DNA of 64,000 nucleotides from Halarcobacter sp. (GTDB taxonomy: Bacteria > Campylobacterota > Campylobacteria > Campylobacterales > Arcobacteraceae), in NCBI GenBank assembly GCA_048571215.1, contig CP182352.1:2656001-2720000 (forward strand), given 5' to 3'. Both the position numbers and the translations under genes were made by a program. How positions within the stretch are numbered: the stretch's first letter is position 1; every line of letters starts with the position of its first letter. This document shows positions 11,190-18,850 of the stretch, one piece after another. The notes under the pieces were generated by a model. It ran no database searches. It saw only the letters and a list, made by a program, of their open reading frames with translations, and had not been told where the DNA came from.

Positions 11190-12488
11190 TTAAATTCCTA
11201 AATAGTTTGATAATAAAAAAAGGATTATAACACAAACTATATACATCTTTAAGGTATATGGTATATTTATTTTAAAAATCTCAATAGCATTTAAATTATA
11301 CCTTGCTTGCATGGTTAGGTTTAGCCCACTAAAAGGTGAGGTTGAGACTGCTATTGCCCAAGACATTAAAAAACTTACAGCTAATAAGGTATGATTTAAT
11401 TCACTAACCCAATTACCAATAATAGCAATAGAGATTATAGGGTGGATACCAATAAAAGATAAAAAGATAAAAACAAAAAGTAAAATTGAGGCACTTAAAC
11501 CATCAAATTTATCAAAGGGAAAGGAGATATCATATCCAATCAAAATTGAACTGATACTAACTCCAAACATACCTGCAACTAGAAATAGTGCTATCTCATT
11601 TTTCATTTTAGGTAACTCATCACTTATATGAAAGTTCACCTCACTTATAGCTTTTTTCATACCCACTTTTAAAGGTAAAATAAGAGATGTCAAAATTATA
11701 GAGAAAAAAGAGATTAGTAAAATTACCTTTAGTTGAGGATAATAGTGATTTGTAAGCAATACCATCAAAGCCAAAATAAAAGGCAAATATAAAGTTTGAA
11801 AATGTATAGGGTAACCTTCAAACTTGTCAATATCATATTTGGAACTGTTTAAATCTAAATAAGTAAAAGCAAAAGTACAAAAAGCTAAAAAAAGTCCCGT
11901 GAAAACTATTGTAATAGTTGATAGATTTGGGGCATAAGTTGAAGCTGCTGCAAAGGCAACAAAAAAAGGTGACCAATATGCATCTGAAGAGAAAGCTCTT
12001 GTTAGTACAATTATTTGCTCTTTTGTTAATCTAGAAAACTTATACATTTTATCTGCAACTAAAATCAAAGCTGATAGATTTATAACTGAACCAAAAAGGT
12101 GTATCCCAAAATATGTGTTTAAAAACGATTTTTTACCCTTAGGCAACACCTTTAGTTTTTCTACTTTTGGTGTTGTAATAAGTCTTAAAAAACCTACACC
12201 AATCAAAAGAGTAAGTAGATATTGATTTACTGAGATTGCCCTTTTATAATCTACATCAAACCCTTGGATAGAACTAAATATAAAACAAGCTAATGAAAAT
12301 ATAAATAAAACTATAAGCAACTTAATATTTGAGCACTTCTTAAACAATAATCCAAGTGCTAACCAAGCTAAGATCCCTGAGAAAATAGATAAAAAGCTAG
12401 GAAAGAAATAGCTATATATAGTTATAATAAATGATAAAAAGATTAATATTCCGGATATTTTTTGTAAAATCATGATGCAATTATACAT
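11190..12488 (-). CDS. Multi-pass membrane protein, probable transporter (family not recognised); start may be 12473
   Basis: Many hydrophobic segments with WSPFFVAF and SPFSGLN motifs; abuts the AEC gene. Confidence 0.6.
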   Translation of the reverse strand: MYNCIMILQKISGILIFLSFIITIYSYFFPSFLSIFSGILAWLALGLLFKKCSNIKLLIVLFIFSLACFIFSSIQGFDVDYKRAISVNQYLLTLLIGVGFLRLITTPKVEKLKVLPKGKKSFLNTYFGIHLFGSVINLSALILVADKMYKFSRLTKEQIIVLTRAFSSDAYWSPFFVAFAAASTYAPNLSTITIVFTGLFLAFCTFAFTYLDLNSSKYDIDKFEGYPIHFQTLYLPFILALMVLLTNHYYPQLKVILLISFFSIILTSLILPLKVGMKKAISEVNFHISDELPKMKNEIALFLVAGMFGVSISSILIGYDISFPFDKFDGLSASILLFVFIFLSFIGIHPIISIAIIGNWVSELNHTLLAVSFLMSWAIAVSTSPFSGLNLTMQARYNLNAIEIFKINIPYTLKMYIVCVIILFLLSNYLGI

Positions 12489-12548
12489 AATTTAATTCGC
12501 TTTTTTCTCTCTTTTGCTAAAATAAAAGAAATTTAAATAAGGACAACT

Positions 12549-13094
12549 TTGCTAAGACTTGGTTCAAACTCTTCCACACGCGCAAAAATATTAAATGATA
12601 ACAATATAGAATTTATACAAAATGGAGGAGATTTTGATGAAGATAAAATCAAAACTAAAAATCCAAAATCATTTGTATATGAAGCAACTATAGGCAAATA
12701 TAATGAACTAATTAAAAAATATGGATGTGATGATATGCCCCTACTAGTAGCTGATTCAGTGGTAACAGCAAATAATCAACTTCTAAGAAAAGCAAAAGAT
12801 GAAGAAGATGCAAGAAAAATGCTAGAGCTTCAAAGTGGAAACAAAACCTCTGTTATAACTTGTATGATATACCATAGCAAAGAAAAAAAAGTTATCGATA
12901 TCTCAATCACAACATATAAATTTGAAGAGTTTGATAAAACGCATATGGAAAACTATATAAAATCAGGTGAATGTTTTGGAAAAGCAGGAGCAATTATGGT
13001 TGAGGGGTTTTGTAAGCCTTATATAAAAAGTGTTATAGGATATGAAAGTACTGCAATGGGACTTTGTGTTGAGAAGTTGAAGATTTATCTTTGA
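12549..13094 (+). CDS. maf: Maf-family nucleoside triphosphate pyrophosphatase
   Basis: LGSNSSTR, LLVADSVV, GKAGA, AMGL motifs; TTG start with AAGGA RBS. Confidence 0.93.
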   Translation: MLRLGSNSSTRAKILNDNNIEFIQNGGDFDEDKIKTKNPKSFVYEATIGKYNELIKKYGCDDMPLLVADSVVTANNQLLRKAKDEEDARKMLELQSGNKTSVITCMIYHSKEKKVIDISITTYKFEEFDKTHMENYIKSGECFGKAGAIMVEGFCKPYIKSVIGYESTAMGLCVEKLKIYL

Positions 13095-13456
13095 AAAATT
13101 AGAAATTTTCTAACAGAATAATTATAAAAAAAAAGTAAACCTGTTACTATGATTTTTGATACACCTACATCTATTTTCAATAAATCATGAAAACAGTATA
13201 ATAGGAATAGATTTAAAACTAGACTTGTAGCACTCACAATGTATATTAGAAAAATCTCATGATGTTTTTTAAACTTTTTACCACTTTCAAATACAAACTT
13301 TATACTCAAATAATAATTCACAAAAGTTGCAATAATAAAAGTAAAAAATCCTACTACTAAATAATTATATGATAAAAATTTTGCAAAAATAAAAAATAAA
13401 CCTACATCAACAACTGCTGCAGTCCCACCTACGAAAAAATATTTAATAATTTTCAA
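13085..13456 (-). CDS. GtrA-family polyprenyl-phosphate-sugar flippase
   Basis: 123 aa, 4 TM; KYFFVGG..A.VD, NYYLSIKFVF, YNYSVRKFLIF are GtrA hallmarks. Confidence 0.92.
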   Translation of the reverse strand: MKIIKYFFVGGTAAVVDVGLFFIFAKFLSYNYLVVGFFTFIIATFVNYYLSIKFVFESGKKFKKHHEIFLIYIVSATSLVLNLFLLYCFHDLLKIDVGVSKIIVTGLLFFYNYSVRKFLIFQR

Positions 13457-13545
13457 TTATATAGCCTTTTAAATTACAAATTAATTGTATTAAAATAATA
13501 CTTATTATAAAATTATCTATTTAAAGATTATTAAATGGAGCACTT

Positions 13546-15021
13546 ATTAAAAAAATTATTTCAAGTAACTTTTTACCTTACATTATCTTTTTTATATTAT
13601 CTTTTTTAATAATCATATCATTTGGCTATACTATGCATAGTGATGGTTGGCGCCATTTAGCTATGGCATTAAATAAAAATGAAATTGGCTCATGGGATAA
13701 AATTTTAATTCATTCTCTTTACAAGAATTATGACCCTTGGTTTATTTGGCATCAATTTTTAAAAATTATTATAATTTTATTTAATAAAGATAATGTACAT
13801 ATTGTTGTAAACCTTATTGTATATTTTTCACTATCTTCTTGGTATTTTTTAACTCTTAAACAATTTGCAAAAATCAATATCTATTTTATTATATTAATCT
13901 CAATTTTTACACCAATTCTAAATGAAAGATATTTTCAACTAAGACCCGATATTGTAATTGGATTACTTATGTTATATCTAATTATAAAAAAAAATATAAT
14001 CACTTATACTATAACAATACTCTTAGCTCCATTATACTATCTCTTTTGGTTCTTTTTAGGATACCTTGCCTTAATTAAAATAGTTTTAAAAGATTATAAA
14101 AGTTTCTTTTATATTTCCATATCTATATTTATTGGATTTTTAATATATTTTCTTTATGATTATGAACAGTATATATATATTTTAAAGCTTGTATTTAGTA
14201 ATGATCAATTAACTTCAAAATTTACGGTAAATGAAAGTTTACCTGTTTTTATACCCTTAGAATTAAAAAATTATATTGGCAGTGCTTCTTTACTCTTTAT
14301 ACTATTTTCAAGTTCAGTATTCTGCTTATATAAGTTAAAAATTAAAAACAAACTGCTTAAATATTTTATTCTCTTTCTACCTTTAATGCTCATTCAAAAT
14401 AGATTTTTTGATTTGCTTCAACCTCTTTTTATCACTGCTTCAATTATAATAAGTATAAAAATCAAAAATTATGTAGATTCATATGGAATAAAAAAACCAA
14501 TTAATCATATAAAAACTTTTATTGATGAGAAAACATATTTTAGTCTTATAAAGAAAAAACATTTCCCAATTTTATTATTTATATTTTTATTAGGCATTTT
14601 TATTTATATATTTATTTCATATAAAAATAAATATACTAATCAATATCAATATATCCTTTCACATAAATTTATTGCTGAAAAAGAATTCCACAATAAACGA
14701 ATTTTTATAAACAAAATGTATACTCTAATGGATGTCTCATTCTTATTTAATCCAACAGCACAATACCTTCCTAACTTTTCTTTAGGTTGGGTTGACTATA
14801 ATACACCAAACAAAAAAATCTATTTCAAAATATTAAGTAGTTATCAAAAAGTTTCACAAAAAGAACTTATTGGTTTTTTAAAACTAAATGAGATAGATTA
14901 TTTTATTATTGATACTAAATTTAAAACTAATTTAACCGTTTCTAATAAAGAAATGAAGCATAATGGTTATAAATTTTATAAAATAATTGATGATTATATA
15001 ATATTTAAGAGAGACAATTAA
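13546..15021 (+). CDS. Putative GT-C-fold membrane glycosyltransferase, paralog 1 (true start uncertain: ATT at 13546, or frameshifted ATG at 13535)
   Basis: Paralog of 16424-17908. The frame stays open upstream of ATG 13633 and encodes the first TM helix; SDGWRHL acidic motif follows TM1; many TMs and a soluble C-terminal domain. Confidence 0.6.
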   Translation: MKKIISSNFLPYIIFFILSFLIIISFGYTMHSDGWRHLAMALNKNEIGSWDKILIHSLYKNYDPWFIWHQFLKIIIILFNKDNVHIVVNLIVYFSLSSWYFLTLKQFAKINIYFIILISIFTPILNERYFQLRPDIVIGLLMLYLIIKKNIITYTITILLAPLYYLFWFFLGYLALIKIVLKDYKSFFYISISIFIGFLIYFLYDYEQYIYILKLVFSNDQLTSKFTVNESLPVFIPLELKNYIGSASLLFILFSSSVFCLYKLKIKNKLLKYFILFLPLMLIQNRFFDLLQPLFITASIIISIKIKNYVDSYGIKKPINHIKTFIDEKTYFSLIKKKHFPILLFIFLLGIFIYIFISYKNKYTNQYQYILSHKFIAEKEFHNKRIFINKMYTLMDVSFLFNPTAQYLPNFSLGWVDYNTPNKKIYFKILSSYQKVSQKELIGFLKLNEIDYFIIDTKFKTNLTVSNKEMKHNGYKFYKIIDDYIIFKRDN

Positions 15022-15024
15022 AAA

Positions 15025-16443
15025 ATGAAGAAAAATGTGATTATTATCGGTGCTGGCCCTGCTGGCTTAACTGCTGCCTATGAATTGCTGAAAACAAAAA
15101 ATTATAATATAACAATTTTAGAAGACTCTGAATATATAGGTGGTATTTCAAAAACCTTTAATCATAATGGAAATCGCATTGATATTGGAGGACATAGATT
15201 TTTTAGTAAAATCAAAAAAGTCAATTCTTGGTGGGATGAAGTTTTAGATGAGAATTTTTTGATAAGAAATAGAAAATCAAGAATCCTTTATGAAAGAGAT
15301 TTTTATGATTATCCTGTAACTTTAAATAAAACAACCATTAAAAATTTAGGCTTAACTAGATTTATTAAAATTGGTTTTTCATATCTAAAAGCAGCTATTT
15401 TTAAAAGAGATGAAAAAACTTTAGAAGATTTTTTTATCAATAGATTTGGGTATGAACTTTATGCTACTTTTTTTAGAGATTATACTGAAAAAGTTTGGGG
15501 TGTTCCTTGTAATAAGATAGATGCACTATTTGGACATCAAAGGATAAAAGGCTTATCTATTAGTTCTGTATTACTACACATGTTAAAAAAATCTTTTGGT
15601 AGTTTAAACTCTAAAAATATAGAAACTTCTTTAATAGAAGAGTTTAAATACCCCAAATATGGTCCTGGTCAACTTTGGGAAAATGTTTCAAAAAAGATCG
15701 AAACTCTAGGTGGAAAGATAATATTTAATGAAAAAGTTGATACATTAAAAATCAAAAAAAACCATACAATAAAAATTAAAACCCAAAACAACTCTTATGA
15801 AGCTGATTTTATCTTCTCATCTATGCCAATCAAAGATTTAATAAACACAATTAAAAAAGCTCCGTCAGATATAAAAAACTTAGCAAATAATTTAGAATAT
15901 AGAGACTTTATAACAGTAGGTCTATTACTTAAAAACTCTAAATTAGATACTTTAAAAGACAATTGGATTTATATTCAAGAATCTGATGTAAAAATAGGAA
16001 GACTTCAAATATTTAATAATTGGTCTCCTTTTTTAGTAAAAGATAAAAATACAACTTGGATAGGATTGGAATACTTTTGTAATGAAAATGATGAACTTTG
16101 GAATATGAAAGAAGAAGAGTTTATCAACTTTGCAATTTCAGAATTAGAAAAATTAGATTTAATAAAAAAAGAGTCTGTAATTGATTCTATTCAATTGAAA
16201 GTAAAAAAAGCCTATCCTTCTTATTTTGGTTCATATGATAGATTTGATGAAATCAAAAAGTATTTAAATACTATAGAAAATCTATTTTGTATAGGAAGAA
16301 ATGGTCAACATAGATACAATAATATGGATCATTCTATGATGACAAGTTTTGAAGCAGTAAAAGCTTTAGAAACAAATAGTTCAAAACAGAACCTTTGGGA
16401 TATAAATACAGAAAAAGAGTACCATGAATCAACTTCTAAATAA
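15025..16443 (+). CDS. FAD-dependent oxidoreductase (HemY/UDP-galactopyranose mutase-like superfamily, GtrA-associated type)
   Basis: [13 protein letters not shown] motif, [36 protein letters not shown]. Confidence 0.85.
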   Translation: MKKNVIIIGAGPAGLTAAYELLKTKNYNITILEDSEYIGGISKTFNHNGNRIDIGGHRFFSKIKKVNSWWDEVLDENFLIRNRKSRILYERDFYDYPVTLNKTTIKNLGLTRFIKIGFSYLKAAIFKRDEKTLEDFFINRFGYELYATFFRDYTEKVWGVPCNKIDALFGHQRIKGLSISSVLLHMLKKSFGSLNSKNIETSLIEEFKYPKYGPGQLWENVSKKIETLGGKIIFNEKVDTLKIKKNHTIKIKTQNNSYEADFIFSSMPIKDLINTIKKAPSDIKNLANNLEYRDFITVGLLLKNSKLDTLKDNWIYIQESDVKIGRLQIFNNWSPFLVKDKNTTWIGLEYFCNENDELWNMKEEEFINFAISELEKLDLIKKESVIDSIQLKVKKAYPSYFGSYDRFDEIKKYLNTIENLFCIGRNGQHRYNNMDHSMMTSFEAVKALETNSSKQNLWDINTEKEYHESTSK

Positions 16444-17908
16444 TAAATATTTTAATATTTTAATATTCCCATTATTTTTTATTTTTGGTCAAGTAGTATC
16501 AAACTTGATGAATTATACCATGTTTGATGATGGATGGAGACATCTTGCTATGGCATTTTACAAAGATGAGATGGGTAGTTGGGGAGAACTTTTTATTCAC
16601 TCTTTATATAAAGATTATGATCCTTGGTTTATGTGGCATAATCTTTTAAATCTTTTATCAACCATATCATCAAATGATAAAGTGCATATCTTAATAAATG
16701 GTTTTGTTTATGCAGCCTTATCAAGCTGGTTTTATATTGTATTTAAAAAATATTCTAAATTTGATATTTATTTAACAATATTTTTATCGTTAATGCTACC
16801 TATTTTAAACTATCGATATTTTTATCTCAGACCTGATTTATTAAGTGGTTTATTTTTATTATATTTTATGTTAATTCAAAAAAGATACCTTATAGTTTTA
16901 GTTTCTTTAATCTATATGCCATTTTATTATGTATTTTGGTTCTATTTTGGATATTTAGGAATATTAAAACTATTTTTAAAGAAATATAAAGACTTAATAC
17001 TTTTGATTATTCTTTGTATTATTGGTTTTATTTTTCATCTCTCTTATGATTTTAATGGTTTTATTGATACCACAATGAACGTATTAAACAATGATACTCT
17101 ATTGCAAGGTCAATCTGTAGGTGAAAGTAATCCAACTTTTTTCCCTCTATCAATAAAAAACTATTTTGGAACTACAATTTTATTAGTGTTTTTTCTAATG
17201 CTATCTTATCTTTTTTATATTGTATTTAAACCTAAAGATAGATTATTAGAACTTCTGATTTTTTTCGCCCCATTGATTTTATTGCAAGCTAGATTTTACG
17301 CACTTTTATATCCCTTAATCTTAGCCTATGCAGCTATTTTGACTCATAGGTTTTGCAAACTTATCTATGAAAATAGTTTAAGTTATACTATAGATTTAAT
17401 TGTAAACTTTATAAAAAACAGATCATATCTTGGAAATATTCCCAAAAAATATTATAAAACAATTTTAATAATTCTAATCTCTTCAATTTTAATTTTTACA
17501 TTTACTGATAAAATTTTCTCATATAGAAAGTTTAGTAATGATGTAAAAGATTTAAACTTTATTGCTAAAGAAGAGTTTAAAAATAAAAGGATTCTATTTA
17601 CTACAATGAATATATCTTTATATATTAGTATATACAAAAATCCAACAGCAAAATATCTTCCTAGTTGTTCTTTAGGATGGGTTGATTACAAAGATAAAAA
17701 ACTTAAAAATACTTATTTTAATTTAATAACTAATTCAGATAAACTAAATAACCAAGATTTTTTTAAGTTTTTAAAGTATAATAAAATTGATGTAATAATT
17801 GTAGATAAAGATACAAATAATCTTAAGTTTAATAATGTAGAAATAAGCGATTTTGGTTATAAGTTTTATAAATTATATAAAAATAATATAATTTTTATAA
17901 AAAATTAA
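16424..17908 (+). CDS. Putative GT-C-fold membrane glycosyltransferase, paralog 2
   Basis: TM1 followed by DDGWRHL (acidic pair at the GT-C-like catalytic position), LRPD motif, about 11 TMs, C-terminal soluble domain; GtrA context. Confidence 0.65.
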   Translation: MNQLLNNKYFNILIFPLFFIFGQVVSNLMNYTMFDDGWRHLAMAFYKDEMGSWGELFIHSLYKDYDPWFMWHNLLNLLSTISSNDKVHILINGFVYAALSSWFYIVFKKYSKFDIYLTIFLSLMLPILNYRYFYLRPDLLSGLFLLYFMLIQKRYLIVLVSLIYMPFYYVFWFYFGYLGILKLFLKKYKDLILLIILCIIGFIFHLSYDFNGFIDTTMNVLNNDTLLQGQSVGESNPTFFPLSIKNYFGTTILLVFFLMLSYLFYIVFKPKDRLLELLIFFAPLILLQARFYALLYPLILAYAAILTHRFCKLIYENSLSYTIDLIVNFIKNRSYLGNIPKKYYKTILIILISSILIFTFTDKIFSYRKFSNDVKDLNFIAKEEFKNKRILFTTMNISLYISIYKNPTAKYLPSCSLGWVDYKDKKLKNTYFNLITNSDKLNNQDFFKFLKYNKIDVIIVDKDTNNLKFNNVEISDFGYKFYKLYKNNIIFIKN

Positions 17909-17919
17909 AGTATATCTAA

Positions 17920-17950
17920 GCTATAATGAATAAATAGTTTAATTTAGGAG
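17920..17950 (+). promoter_or_regulatory. Sigma70-type -10 box and RBS of flp1
   Basis: GCTATAAT at 17920-17927; AGGAG at 17946-17950, 6 nt before ATG 17957. Confidence 0.65.
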
Positions 17951-17956
17951 TTAAAA

Positions 17957-18154
17957 ATGTTAGATTTCTTAAAAAGAAGATTAAAGTCAGAAAAAGGTGC
18001 TATGGATAAAATCCTTGTTACATTGTTATTAGTTGTTATTGGTGTTGGTCTAGTTGTTGGTCTACAATCGTGGGTTGGATCTCAAAAAAATGCTTTACAA
18101 AACTCAGCAAATAATGTTATAAACAGTGCTAAAAACAACGCAAATAATAGCTAA
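17957..18154 (+). CDS. Flp-type major pilin (atypical motif)
   Basis: 65 aa; basic leader ending SEKG, hydrophobic helix, short polar tail; first gene of the Tad locus with a strong RBS. Confidence 0.85.
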   Translation: MLDFLKRRLKSEKGAMDKILVTLLLVVIGVGLVVGLQSWVGSQKNALQNSANNVINSAKNNANNS

Positions 18155-18165
18155 TATTTTAGAAA

Positions 18166-18196
18166 ATAAGTAGATAAAAATATTTTATCTACTTAT
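18166..18196 (+). terminator. Hairpin between flp1 and flp2 (terminator or mRNA stabiliser)
   Basis: 14-bp inverted repeat ATAAGTAGATAAAA-ata-TTTTATCTACTTAT. Confidence 0.7.
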
Positions 18197-18203
18197 ACTA
18201 ATA

Positions 18204-18398
18204 GTGAATATGAAACTTTATATAAAACTTAAATCACAAAAAGGTGCCATGGATAAAATCCTTGTTACTTTGTTACTTACTATTGTTGCTGTTGTTGCCA
18301 TAATTGGTATTGAACAATGGTCAAGTAGTAAAAAAGATGAGTTAAAAAATCAATCAAACAATACAATAACAAAAATAAAGAATGAAATAAATCAATAA
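18204..18398 (+). CDS. Second Flp-type pilin
   Basis: Paralog of flp1 with identical KGAMDKILVTLLL; start GTG 18204 or ATG 18210. Confidence 0.82.
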   Translation: MNMKLYIKLKSQKGAMDKILVTLLLTIVAVVAIIGIEQWSSSKKDELKNQSNNTITKIKNEINQ

Positions 18399-18830
18399 AT
18401 GATCTTTTCTATATCATTTTATATTTTTTCACTTTTCATTTCATATATTGATTGTAAAAAACGACTTATTCCAAATACTCTTTTGCTTACATTAACTTTT
18501 TTTTTGTTAATTTTTGGTTACTTAGAAAATAAGCTACATATCTATTCTTTTCTTGTATTATTATTAATTTTACTTTTTTTTGTTATAATAGTATTGATAG
18601 TCCCAAAGATGATTTTAGGTGGTGGAGATATAAAGTACTTTATGGTTGTAGCAATATATTTGCAACCTCTTTATTTCCCATTATTTTTACTATTTTGTGG
18701 TATATTTCAATTTATTTTATTGATATATTTTCAAAACATAAAAAAAAGGCGTACAGCTCCAATGGCACCAGCTATAATTTTTGCTGTATTTATAACTGAA
18801 ATAGTTAAAAGCTTAGAAATCTACCTTTAA
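18399..18830 (+). CDS. tadV: Prepilin peptidase, A24 family (TadV/CpaA type, no methyltransferase domain)
   Basis: Two catalytic Asp motifs, IDCKKRLIPN and GGGDIK; PMAPAI C-terminal motif; 143 aa. Confidence 0.9.
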   Translation: MIFSISFYIFSLFISYIDCKKRLIPNTLLLTLTFFLLIFGYLENKLHIYSFLVLLLILLFFVIIVLIVPKMILGGGDIKYFMVVAIYLQPLYFPLFLLFCGIFQFILLIYFQNIKKRRTAPMAPAIIFAVFITEIVKSLEIYL

Positions 18831-18850
18831 ATAGCTCCAAGGAGTCTCTT

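Noticed and set aside
15025..16443. Protoporphyrinogen oxidase (hemY) call
   Set aside because: Only the FAD-binding superfamily is shared; the GtrA/GT-C context argues for a glycan-related role, so no gene symbol was given.
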